Source: Candidatus Magasanikiibacteriota bacterium (GTDB lineage Bacteria > Patescibacteriota > Patescibacteriia > Magasanikbacterales > GWA2-37-8). From it: a stretch of DNA of 64,000 nt. A model generated the notes under the pieces. That model had not been told where the DNA came from and did not search any database. It worked only from the letters and a program-made list of their open reading frames with translations. Below, piece after piece: positions 45,840 through 53,634 of this stretch. The DNA lies in NCBI GenBank assembly GCA_036744835.1, contig DAIOHD010000001.1, forward strand, positions 951-64,950, written 5' to 3'. The position numbers were made by a program, and so were the translations under genes. Each line of letters begins with the position of its first letter. The stretch's first letter is position 1.

Positions 45840-46325
45840 ATGAGTTCTTTACTTGTGGTTTCTAAAAAATGTGGTCATTCTTTTAAATGGAAGAAAAAGT
45901 TCAAGTTTACTGTTTTTGGAGAAGAAGTCTCTTTTTCAACACCAAAGGATGAAATTCCGGGGTATTGTCCGGAATGTTTTAGTAAGATGATAATAAAATG
46001 TGCGTGGTGTGGAAAGTTGATTTTACCCGGTTCTCCCATTACTCTTTACACTCCCGGAGATCCGGCTTTTGTGGTCCCAAAACATACCCATGTTTTTTCG
46101 AAAGACCCCCTTCAATTGGTTGGGTGTTTGTATCAGGACTGTGCAGAATGTGGGGGAGATCGTGCTGGATTTTGGGTAGTTCCCGGTGAAGTCTGGAGAG
46201 TACCACGTCCGGAAGAACTATTTTTGCTTGGTTACACAGGATCAGTTTTCGTTAAGGATCTTGCAGACATGAAAGAAGCTAACGAGCTTGTAGAATTGTA
46301 TAATGAGTTCAAAGGTAAAAAATAA
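45840..46325 (+). CDS. Cys-rich (multiple CxxC zinc-ribbon-like) hypothetical protein with a strong SD
   Basis: 161 aa. CGH...CPEC, CAWCG, C...C..C. Preceded by taggaggtatcaATG. Local GC is well above the window average. Confidence 0.4.
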   Translation: MSSLLVVSKKCGHSFKWKKKFKFTVFGEEVSFSTPKDEIPGYCPECFSKMIIKCAWCGKLILPGSPITLYTPGDPAFVVPKHTHVFSKDPLQLVGCLYQDCAECGGDRAGFWVVPGEVWRVPRPEELFLLGYTGSVFVKDLADMKEANELVELYNEFKGKK

Positions 46326-46340
46326 ACAGTTCACAGCGCG

Positions 46341-46369
46341 CCACCCCGCTTAATGGGTGGTTTTTTTTA
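46341..46369 (+). terminator. Intrinsic terminator (ccaccc-cgcttaat-gggtgg plus T8)
   Basis: Downstream of the Cys-rich gene. Confidence 0.55.
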
Positions 46370-46385
46370 TTTTCAAAAACAATAA

Positions 46386-46414
46386 TTGACACTGGGATTT
46401 ATTATTGATAATAT
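46386..46414 (+). promoter_or_regulatory. Consensus sigma70 promoter (TTGACA-17-TAATAT) driving the sRNA candidate
   Basis: ttgaca at 46386-46391, 17-nt spacer, taatat at 46409-46414. Confidence 0.5.
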
Positions 46415-46420
46415 TTCAAA

Positions 46421-46634
46421 GTCTCTGGCAGTGGCGCAATTCAGCAGATGACACGTCGTCGGTTGTGGGTAGCCCTCCTTAATAGGTAGCGAAAGCTAAA
46501 AAGGCTAGTGCTTTGCACACCCACACACAAAGCCGAGGTGGCTTGTGAGGTTGCGCCGTACACACCTACCGGCGACACATTTTTTCAGCTCTTTATTTAC
46601 CAACAGCTTGTTCTGATACAAGCTGTTTTTTTTA
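46421..46634 (+). ncRNA. Candidate roughly 210-nt structured small RNA (unclassified; GC-rich relative to the genome)
   Basis: Promoter and terminator (acagcttgt-tctgat-acaagctgt plus T8 at 46603-46634) bracket a GC-rich segment with long-range complementarity (ggcgcaa/ttgcgcc; gtcgtcggt/accggcgac; gugggu/acccac) and a GAAA tetraloop hairpin (tagcGAAAgcta). No ORF, and no plus-strand gene downstream. Confidence 0.5.
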
Positions 46635-46638
46635 TTTT

Positions 46639-47760
46639 TTAAAACAACAAAAAAAGTAGAGATGCTCCGCCACCAAAGAGAAAGCTCAGGGTTAGGTTTG
46701 AGAAAAAGATTAAAAATGTAAATAGAATAACACGGGCGGTTTGGATGGTGATTTCTCGTAAAACAATAAAATTTATAATGTCTGTTTTGTTGGCTTTGTT
46801 GTAACTAAGCGCATCAAAAGGTATATGGACTAGTGCCTGAGTGATGCCGTAAAAAGAATCAGCTAAATAAACTTGGAATTTTGTTTTGACAAAAAAACGG
46901 AAAATCCAAACCGCAGTGTTTAAAATAGAGCCGAGTTTTAAAATTATTTTTCCGTAAATATCAAAAAGTTTTCCAACAATAAAAATAAAAAGTAAAGAAA
47001 AAAATAAAGATAAAGAAGAGATAAGTCCCAGTTCCCAAAAATTATTCAAAATGGTAAAGAAGATAAAAATTGGCCAAATGACCGTGGCGATTCCACTCTC
47101 TATCCCGTAACCGGCAAAAGACAAAATGTCTTTTATTTTTTGTCCTTTCAAAAAGTTTTTTGTTTTATAATTGATAGGGGAGTGTTCTTTTTTGAGAAAG
47201 AATAAAGGTAAAGAAGAGCATAAGAGTAGCACAGCGGCGACTGCAAAAAGAGCTTTGAAACCGATAAAGGCCAAAATTAGACCTCCGGTAAGTGGGCCCA
47301 GAGCTTGGAAAATCAAAGTTATTATTTTTATCGTGCCGACTTCTTTTCCACGATGATTATTATCGCTAAAAACCGTAAAATCAAGATGATACCCGGTCCA
47401 ATAGAAAGCGTTGCTGAGGCCAAAAATCATTGCTAGCAGGTAAAGTGGCCAATGGTGTGATTCCAAAGCATAGAGCCCGGCATAAAAAACCAAAAGCAGG
47501 GGGAAACTCAAGGAAATTGAATAGCGAAAGCCATATAAAGAAGAAATTTTTGCCGCTGGAATTACAAATAGAGCGTGAGTAGCGTTTAGTACAGCATAAA
47601 AAATCAAAACACTTGATAGGGTGTAACCTTGCTTGATCAAAAAAATAGGTATGAAAATACCCATCATTGAAAGCGCAAATGATTTTATCGCCACGCTGAG
47701 ATATAAATCGCTTAGTTTGGTATTTTTTTCAAAAGACAAAAAATGACGTAAAGTAAACAT
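46639..47760 (-). CDS. Polytopic membrane transporter, MFS-like
   Basis: 373 aa, about 10-12 TM, with an MFS-type two-halves layout. Confidence 0.5.
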   Translation of the reverse strand: MFTLRHFLSFEKNTKLSDLYLSVAIKSFALSMMGIFIPIFLIKQGYTLSSVLIFYAVLNATHALFVIPAAKISSLYGFRYSISLSFPLLLVFYAGLYALESHHWPLYLLAMIFGLSNAFYWTGYHLDFTVFSDNNHRGKEVGTIKIITLIFQALGPLTGGLILAFIGFKALFAVAAVLLLCSSLPLFFLKKEHSPINYKTKNFLKGQKIKDILSFAGYGIESGIATVIWPIFIFFTILNNFWELGLISSLSLFFSLLFIFIVGKLFDIYGKIILKLGSILNTAVWIFRFFVKTKFQVYLADSFYGITQALVHIPFDALSYNKANKTDIINFIVLREITIQTARVILFTFLIFFSNLTLSFLFGGGASLLFLLF

Positions 47761-47766
47761 GTTTTT

Positions 47767-48066
47767 TTAAAAATTGTGTCGTTCTTTCAATATTTTAATC
47801 TTGGATTCAACCGCTTCTTCTATATTTACGTTTAACATTTCGGCGAGTGTCAAAAGTTGCAACATAACATCGGCAAATTCACCGTTTAAATTTTCACGAT
47901 CAATTTCTTTATTGCGTAATTTTGGTTTATTTATTTCTTTTGCCAATTCACCAATTTCTTCCATGAGTTGAGTGAAGCAAAAATGCGGATCGCGAGTAAT
48001 ATTATATTTTGCGTCTATATCATTTACTGTTTTTGCGCACATTTGTTGAAATTCGTTTGTTGTCAT
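47767..48066 (-). CDS. MazG-like nucleotide pyrophosphohydrolase domain protein
   Basis: 99 aa. EEIGELAKEI...EFADVMLQLL matches the all-alpha NTP-PPase EExxE...D metal-binding motifs. Confidence 0.6.
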   Translation of the reverse strand: MTTNEFQQMCAKTVNDIDAKYNITRDPHFCFTQLMEEIGELAKEINKPKLRNKEIDRENLNGEFADVMLQLLTLAEMLNVNIEEAVESKIKILKERHNF

Positions 48067-48159
48067 ATATTGTTATTTTAATAAGAGAGATTTTAGATAA
48101 TTGTTTATTAAATAAATAAAATTTCGTATATACTACTTAAATTTGTATATTTTACGAAA

Positions 48160-48726
48160 TTATCTACTATAAACCCCCATCAATTCCGTCTCGGCTATTA
48201 AATGTCCCTCCAATGCTTTGAGCAAATCAGCTTTTGTAGAATTTTGTGGAATATCTAAACTGGTATCCAAGGCGTAAAGATAGAAAATATATTTATGCGA
48301 GCCAGACGGGGGACAGGGACCGCCGTATTTGTTATTGCCAAAGTCGGTTTTACCGACAACTGCTCCAGTAGGCACGGAATTTTCAGCAATGTTTGAGGTT
48401 TTTGGATCAATATTCCAGGCTACCCAATGTGACCAATCACCACCAACAGAATCGGGGTCGTTTAAAATAATAGCCAGAGATAAAGCGTTGTCCGGGATAC
48501 CATAAATTTTCAATTCCGGATTGATATTGAGTCCGTCACAAGTAAATTTGCCAGGAATGATTTCGTTGTTTTTGAACTCAGGAGAAATTAATTGCATATT
48601 AAGAAGATTGGTGATTAATGGTTTGGGCGCAGGAGTTGGTTTTTTAGCGGCGGTAAATACAATAAAGACGGATAAAAACACCGCCAGGAGAAATAAGATG
48701 AAAATTGTGAGAAGTTTTTTAGGCAT
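48160..48726 (-). CDS. YbhB/YbcL family (PEBP-like) secreted protein
   Basis: 188 aa with a signal peptide. GGPCPPSGSHKYIFYLYALD is the bacterial PEBP signature. Confidence 0.7.
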   Translation of the reverse strand: MPKKLLTIFILFLLAVFLSVFIVFTAAKKPTPAPKPLITNLLNMQLISPEFKNNEIIPGKFTCDGLNINPELKIYGIPDNALSLAIILNDPDSVGGDWSHWVAWNIDPKTSNIAENSVPTGAVVGKTDFGNNKYGGPCPPSGSHKYIFYLYALDTSLDIPQNSTKADLLKALEGHLIAETELMGVYSR

Positions 48727-48754
48727 TTTTAATTTATAAAAGACTGGCTGGATT

Positions 48755-48881
48755 TCCCTCTCTTTTTTAAGAGAGGGATTAAGGGAAAGTCTTTTTAAGA
48801 TTTCACCCTAGCCCTCCTCTTAGATAAAAGGAGGGGACTAAGACTCCACCCTAGCCCTCCTCTTGAGGAAGAGGAGGGGAA
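48755..48881. repeat. Cluster of three hairpins, repeat family 3 (tccctctc...gagaggga, then two copies of CACCCTAGCCCTCCTCTT-loop-GAGGAGGG)
   Basis: Two near-identical copies at 48804-48836 and 48847-48881. The motif CCTCC/GGAGG resembles an anti-SD/SD pair. Confidence 0.5.
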
Positions 48882-48885
48882 ATAA

Positions 48886-49869
48886 TTATATTTTTATTCC
48901 GATTTTTTGTTTTACTTCTTCCATTTTCTTTTCTGCGATTTTACGTGCTTTATTAGCACCATCCTCTAATAGTTTTTTTACTTCTTTATCAGTTATTTTA
49001 TTAAATTTTTTCTGAAAATTAATCAAAAAGTTAGCGACCAATTCGGCCAAGTCTTTTTTGAAATCACCATAACCTTTGCCAGTATATTTTTCTACAATAT
49101 TACTGATAAGCTCGCCACTGAGTTGAGAATAAATAGTGAGTAAATTGCAGAGTGCCGGTTTTTCAGGATCAAATTTGATTTCACTGCCAGAGTCGGTCAC
49201 GGCTTTCATGATTTTTTTCTTGGCTTCTTCCGGAGTATCAAGTAAAGAAATGTAGTTATAGGTTGATGGAGAGGATTTACTCATTTTCTTGAGTGGATTA
49301 TCCAAACCCATTATTCGGCAACCTTCTTTTTTGATCATAGGTTCGGGAACGACAAAGGTTTCACCGTAAAGAGAGTTAAAACGAATAGCCAAATCACGGG
49401 CCAATTCCAAATGTTGTTTTTGGTCTTCACCAACCGGTACGGCTTGCGTGTCGTAAAGTAAAATATCTGCAGCCATGAGCACGGGATAATCAAAAAGTCC
49501 GACATTGATATTTTCCGGATGAGAAGCGGATTTGTCTTTGTATTGAGTCATGCGTTCCAATTCTCCCATTTTAGCGATACTATTGAGTAGCCAACAGAGT
49601 TCAGTATGTTCTTTGACATCGGACTGTTGGAAAATGAGACACTTTTTTGGGTTGATACCAAGAGCCAGATAAGTTTTGGCAATATTGAAGATATTTTTTC
49701 TCAAATCTTCGGGTTTTTGATAAACCGTGATGGCGTGTAAATCCACTACGGAAAAAATACAATCAAATTGATCTTGTACATCTACCCAGTTTTTGATGGC
49801 ACCGAAATAATTGCCAATGTGAATGTTGTTGGTTGGTTGAACTCCGGAAAAAATGCGTTTTTTTGACAT
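48886..49869 (-). CDS. trpS: Tryptophan--tRNA ligase
   Basis: 327 aa. HIGH-type NIHIGNYFG and KMSKS. Confidence 0.95.
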   Translation of the reverse strand: MSKKRIFSGVQPTNNIHIGNYFGAIKNWVDVQDQFDCIFSVVDLHAITVYQKPEDLRKNIFNIAKTYLALGINPKKCLIFQQSDVKEHTELCWLLNSIAKMGELERMTQYKDKSASHPENINVGLFDYPVLMAADILLYDTQAVPVGEDQKQHLELARDLAIRFNSLYGETFVVPEPMIKKEGCRIMGLDNPLKKMSKSSPSTYNYISLLDTPEEAKKKIMKAVTDSGSEIKFDPEKPALCNLLTIYSQLSGELISNIVEKYTGKGYGDFKKDLAELVANFLINFQKKFNKITDKEVKKLLEDGANKARKIAEKKMEEVKQKIGIKI

Positions 49870-50082
49870 AAGTTTGTAGTTAATAATAACTATATATTAG
49901 ATGAAAAAAGGCCTAATGTAAAGCTTTGAAAATTTTTATATTTTAGTCGTATACAGTATCTAGTATATAGTATTTAGTATACGATATACGATATACGAAA
50001 TACAATATACGAATTGTCTTGAAAATGCGGCGGTTTTGTGATAAATTATAAAAAGCTAAATAATTAAATAATTTTTAAATAT

Positions 50083-50682
50083 ATGTTTAGAGAAGGATCA
50101 TTTAGTTGGTTTAAAAGAGATAAAACCGATGAAGGAGAAAAAACAAAAAGAATTCCTGGTGGGGGCGATGGGATCAGTTTAGAACCACATCCACTTGCCG
50201 GTGAAAAAACAGTGTCGCTCCCTTATGAAGATACAGACAATCCGGTTAGGGCTAAGGAAGGATATAAAGCTGTTGAAGATATTGAAAGCCACTATAGCGG
50301 TACGGGCAATCCTGAAGACATAATGATTGCGGAAGAGGAAGAAAAGGCCAAAGATCCTTATGCAATGTATAATGCGCAAGGAGATACCAGGCCGCCACAA
50401 AGAGAAGTGACTTTTGGAGATTATGAAGAAGATGAAAGGTATTTTGAAAAAATTGCGGATATGGGCGCAAAAGTTGAAGACAGTAAAGATAATTTTGTTT
50501 TAACAAATAATAAAGAAGAAAAATTTAAAACACCAACGGAAATTAGAGTTGAAACAAAGGCAAAAACAGATGATAGTAAAAGAGAAAATTATAAAATATA
50601 TAAAAACAGCAAAAGAAATTTTGGAAGAAAGCCTAAAGATAAAGACATAAGAACAGATGATAGAAAAATATTGGGAAAATAA
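50083..50682 (+). CDS. Highly charged, probably disordered hypothetical protein with an N-terminal amphipathic FSWF segment
   Basis: 199 aa, rich in E/K/D, with no fold-level motif. Confidence 0.35.
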   Translation: MFREGSFSWFKRDKTDEGEKTKRIPGGGDGISLEPHPLAGEKTVSLPYEDTDNPVRAKEGYKAVEDIESHYSGTGNPEDIMIAEEEEKAKDPYAMYNAQGDTRPPQREVTFGDYEEDERYFEKIADMGAKVEDSKDNFVLTNNKEEKFKTPTEIRVETKAKTDDSKRENYKIYKNSKRNFGRKPKDKDIRTDDRKILGK

Positions 50683-50685
50683 ATA

Positions 50686-50714
50686 AAAAAAGACGGCCAA
50701 AAGGCCGTTTTTTA
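50686..50714. terminator. Bidirectional intrinsic terminator (acggcc-aaaa-ggccgt plus T6)
   Basis: Between the convergent 50083 gene and rlmH. Confidence 0.5.
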
Positions 50715-51179
50715 GTAGTGGTATTTTCTGTTTTGATTTATCATTCTTCCGCGATAGAGTTGTTCCAACAGAAAGACGCGCGCCATTTGGTGCGGGAAAG
50801 TCATTTTACTTAAAGCGAGTTTAAAATTTGCTTTTTGTAAAACGCTTGAATGTAGTCCAAGTGGTCCGCCAAGAATAAAAGTTAGTTCATCTCCAAGTTC
50901 TAGCCATGTTTGCAGTCTATCCGCGAATTTTTCACTTTCAAATTCTGTGCCGTTTTCGTCCAATACAATGACAAAAGAATTAGCCGGGATTTTGGCCAGG
51001 ATTTTATCGGCTTCTTTGGCTTTGATTTTTTCACGGTCGTCTTTTTCAGTAAAACCTTCTTCTTTGAGTTCGATAATATTAATCTTAAACCAAGCGGATA
51101 AACGTTTGAGATATTCGCTTTCCGCTTGCGCCCAGTAAGTTTCTTTGAATTTTCCGACAACGATGATGTTTATTTTCAT
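50712..51179 (-). CDS. rlmH: 23S rRNA (pseudouridine1915-N3)-methyltransferase RlmH
   Basis: MKINIIVVGKFKETYW... SPOUT fold, about 155 aa. The ATG at 51179 is preferred over the track's upstream start. Confidence 0.8.
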   Translation of the reverse strand: MKINIIVVGKFKETYWAQAESEYLKRLSAWFKINIIELKEEGFTEKDDREKIKAKEADKILAKIPANSFVIVLDENGTEFESEKFADRLQTWLELGDELTFILGGPLGLHSSVLQKANFKLALSKMTFPHQMARVFLLEQLYRGRMINQNRKYHY

Positions 51180-51315
51180 GTAAATAGTCTTCAGTCTACG
51201 GTCTACATACCGCAATAAAAGGTATAATAAATTAAATTATAAAGAAAGGCAAGTTTTGACATATATCAAAAACAAGCATAAGATATAAGATGAGATTAAT
51301 TAATTTTTTAAATAT

Positions 51316-51633
51316 ATGCACGAAGGAAAAAGGGGAGAAGTAAAAAATGATTTTGAGAAAGAAAGGCCAATTTTAGTCGCTCTTTGTTTGGAAAAAAGTA
51401 AGGATTTTGGTATGACTTCAAAAAAGTTTTATTTGAAATATATTTTGGATGAAAATGTCAGTTTATCGGTTGATTTAAAAAAAGAAGAGGTTCCGCCAAA
51501 ATTATCATCTGAGGAAAATGATGAGGAATATTTAAAAAGGATTTCCCAAGATGAACATATTGCTAAGATGATAGAAAAAATAAGCGCTGAGCACGATCAT
51601 AGGCCGATAATACTGGATGTTGAAATTAAATAA
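51316..51633 (+). CDS. Hypothetical protein
   Basis: 105-aa ORF with no motif, followed by a terminator. Confidence 0.3.
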   Translation: MHEGKRGEVKNDFEKERPILVALCLEKSKDFGMTSKKFYLKYILDENVSLSVDLKKEEVPPKLSSEENDEEYLKRISQDEHIAKMIEKISAEHDHRPIILDVEIK

Positions 51634-51635
51634 GA

Positions 51636-51671
51636 AAAACCCGCCCTTTTAACAGGGCGGGTGTTTTTTTG
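51636..51671. terminator. Bidirectional intrinsic terminator (acccgccct-tttaaca-agggcgggt plus T7)
   Basis: 9-bp GC-rich stem. Confidence 0.55.
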
Positions 51672-51680
51672 AAAGTACAA

Positions 51681-52106
51681 TTATTCGGGAGGGCCGCCAT
51701 AGCCTTTGTCGTTTTTGATAAGCTTTTCTCCGTGATGAAAAAAAGCTATGAAAATTCCGAGTAGAGTAAAGAGGACGAAGCCCTTCAAGAAGAAAAGAGA
51801 TTTATCCATGGCGATGAAGACGTCTTTTCCGGCTCCGGTATTGATTTCCAGGCGCAGATTGGTGCCCATGGTTATCAAAGGGAGAATGAGAGCAAAGATC
51901 AAAGTGGCTGGCTTGTATTCAGAAGTATAAACCACAGCCACAGACAGCAAACCGATTATTCCTCCGTATACTGTCAGGGTACGCTCTTGCGAGATGTCTA
52001 CGAAAAAAAGAGAAAGCCCGGAAAGAAAGCCCAGGATAGCCGCATAGAACAAACAGAACACGATCTCGTAGGCCGGATCAAAACTTTGTTTACTGAGATT
52101 TTTCAT
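51681..52106 (-). CDS. Small 4-TM membrane protein, hypothetical (GC-elevated patch, SD-led)
   Basis: ORF with an ATG at 52106 preceded by aaggagaacgag. Overlaps the upstream gene by 17 nt. Confidence 0.4.
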   Translation of the reverse strand: MKNLSKQSFDPAYEIVFCLFYAAILGFLSGLSLFFVDISQERTLTVYGGIIGLLSVAVVYTSEYKPATLIFALILPLITMGTNLRLEINTGAGKDVFIAMDKSLFFLKGFVLFTLLGIFIAFFHHGEKLIKNDKGYGGPPE

Positions 52107-52497
52107 CTCGTTCTCCTTCAATAGTTTCCAAAAAAGCTTCTCGAACTTTTTCTTTATTGACCATGCCCATTTTGTACACTACCCAGGCGAATGTTCCTAA
52201 AAAGAGAGTGAACAAATACCATTTGAATATTGAAAAGAAATGAGGAGTTCCCATGAAAACAAGATAAGGCGGAGTGAGGCCTACAATGAGTCGAATTGAG
52301 TCATAGAAAGTTTTTTTGATGTTTTCAACGTTAAATTCAAACGAGAAAACAGCCAGGGTCCAGACACCCAAGAGGATGCCGGAAACATAAGCGGGAATGC
52401 GAAAAAAATAGACCGCCAGCGAACTCACCGCCAGATAGAAAACGACGGTGATAACGAAGGAATTAATTTCCTTCGTCGTGATCTTTTGCACGTTCAT
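52090..52497 (-). CDS. Small 4-TM membrane protein, hypothetical (GC-elevated patch, SD-led)
   Basis: 135 aa. Preceded by aaaaggaggatccgATG and a consensus promoter. Confidence 0.4.
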   Translation of the reverse strand: MNVQKITTKEINSFVITVVFYLAVSSLAVYFFRIPAYVSGILLGVWTLAVFSFEFNVENIKKTFYDSIRLIVGLTPPYLVFMGTPHFFSIFKWYLFTLFLGTFAWVVYKMGMVNKEKVREAFLETIEGERDEKSQ

Positions 52498-52543
52498 CGG
52501 ATCCTCCTTTTATTGGTTTGTGTTGGCAAAGAACGAATATAAT

Positions 52544-52572
52544 ATTATATCTTAAATCGGCACTTTTGTCAA
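52544..52572 (-). promoter_or_regulatory. Consensus sigma70 promoter (TTGACA-17-TATAAT) for the two small membrane-protein genes
   Basis: Minus strand reads ttgaca (52572-52567), 17-nt spacer aaagtgccgatttaaga, tataat (52549-52544). Confidence 0.5.
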
Positions 52573-52583
52573 TGCTATATAAC

Positions 52584-52614
52584 AAAAAAGCCCGTCTCTA
52601 AATAGAGACGGGCA
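52584..52614 (-). terminator. Intrinsic terminator of the 278-aa gene (gcccgtctct-aaat-agagacgggc plus T6 on the minus strand)
   Basis: Perfect 10-bp stem. Confidence 0.55.
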
Positions 52615-52618
52615 GAAT

Positions 52619-53455
52619 TTATTCTGCAAAGCACACACGGTCTTTGCAGGTCGCCAGATAATAGTCTCTGGCATGTTCTTTTGCGTTGAAAGAACTGATT
52701 TCAGGATGATCATTTTTCAGATTGTAACGAAAAATAACAGGAGCGACATCATCTATGAGGCTGCTGGTTCCTACCATGTAGTTGCTGGTATTTCTCCAAA
52801 GATTGTCTTTGTATGCCGCAAATCGGATTAATTCATTGATGCTCAAACCGATTTCTTCAGCCAAGAATATCTTTTCCAAAGAGACTTTCTTTACTTCCGC
52901 CTCAAAAAGCCAATAAGGCTTTTTGGGTATTGCAACAGTGTTCTTAATTCTATCCAAAGAAAGACTACACTTACCGCCCATAAAGGTGTTGGCGATAAGT
53001 TGGTTTGGCGGAATCAAATTTTCCGGGATGCAAGGCATGGCTGGAATCACACCTTCTTTGAATTCGTCGAAATTAGCAAGATAATATTGAATTACTTTGG
53101 GGATATCAGCTATCAAGAGCTGAATGTAGTCAGATTTGTAATTAAACCCCAATTCTTGGCTGTCAGTGGTTAGGCTACGAATCTCATTCATGATGTAGGA
53201 GTGAATCCGAAAAGTTTTAGCATCCACAATCTTTGGTTCAATAATTTCCTGAATTCGAGGTGTAAAAACACCGTCTTCTTTTTCTTTGGTTTCTTTGTAC
53301 GACTTCGAATTTTTTTGCAGCTCAGATTTTTTGGTTTCTTTTTCTTTGCTTCTTCCCTTTAATTGAAGATAAATAAGAATGACGACCAAAAGTATCAAGA
53401 CTGCGGTGAGAATGGGGAGGTACCCTCCAACTAATTCATTGATTGTGTTTAGCAT
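52619..53455 (-). CDS. N-terminally membrane-anchored hypothetical protein (GC-elevated patch, SD-led)
   Basis: 278 aa with one N-terminal TM. Preceded by taaaaggagctggccATG. Confidence 0.4.
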   Translation of the reverse strand: MLNTINELVGGYLPILTAVLILLVVILIYLQLKGRSKEKETKKSELQKNSKSYKETKEKEDGVFTPRIQEIIEPKIVDAKTFRIHSYIMNEIRSLTTDSQELGFNYKSDYIQLLIADIPKVIQYYLANFDEFKEGVIPAMPCIPENLIPPNQLIANTFMGGKCSLSLDRIKNTVAIPKKPYWLFEAEVKKVSLEKIFLAEEIGLSINELIRFAAYKDNLWRNTSNYMVGTSSLIDDVAPVIFRYNLKNDHPEISSFNAKEHARDYYLATCKDRVCFAE

Positions 53456-53528
53456 GGCCAGCTCCTTTTATGTTATTTGTAATGAACTAACATATAAATA
53501 TAGCATATTTTCGCGGTTTTGTCAATGT

Positions 53529-53634
53529 CCCTCCCTCTGCCGGAGAGGGAGGTTAGGAGGGAGTGGGAGAGATTCCACCCTAGCCCTCCTCTTAAAAAAG
53601 AGGAGGGAAGTAAAAACGGCTTGGTTAAGCCGTT
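53529..53634. repeat. Repeat family 3 locus 2 (ccctccctct...gagagggagg, CCACCCTAGCCCTCCTCTT-aaaaaa-GAGGAGGG) merging into the tgt terminator hairpin aacggcttggttaagccgtt
   Basis: Same 17-nt core as at 48804-48881. The tgt stop codon sits in the loop of the terminal hairpin. Confidence 0.5.

Noticed and set aside
46430-46470. Assignment of the 46421-46634 RNA as SRP (4.5S) RNA because of GCAGAUGAC..CGG..UGGGUAGC resemblance to the E. coli 4.5S 3' strand
   Set aside because: The conserved domain-IV core (GGAAGCAGC and flanking symmetric loop) is absent, and the similar stretch is at the wrong end of the molecule. Left unclassified.
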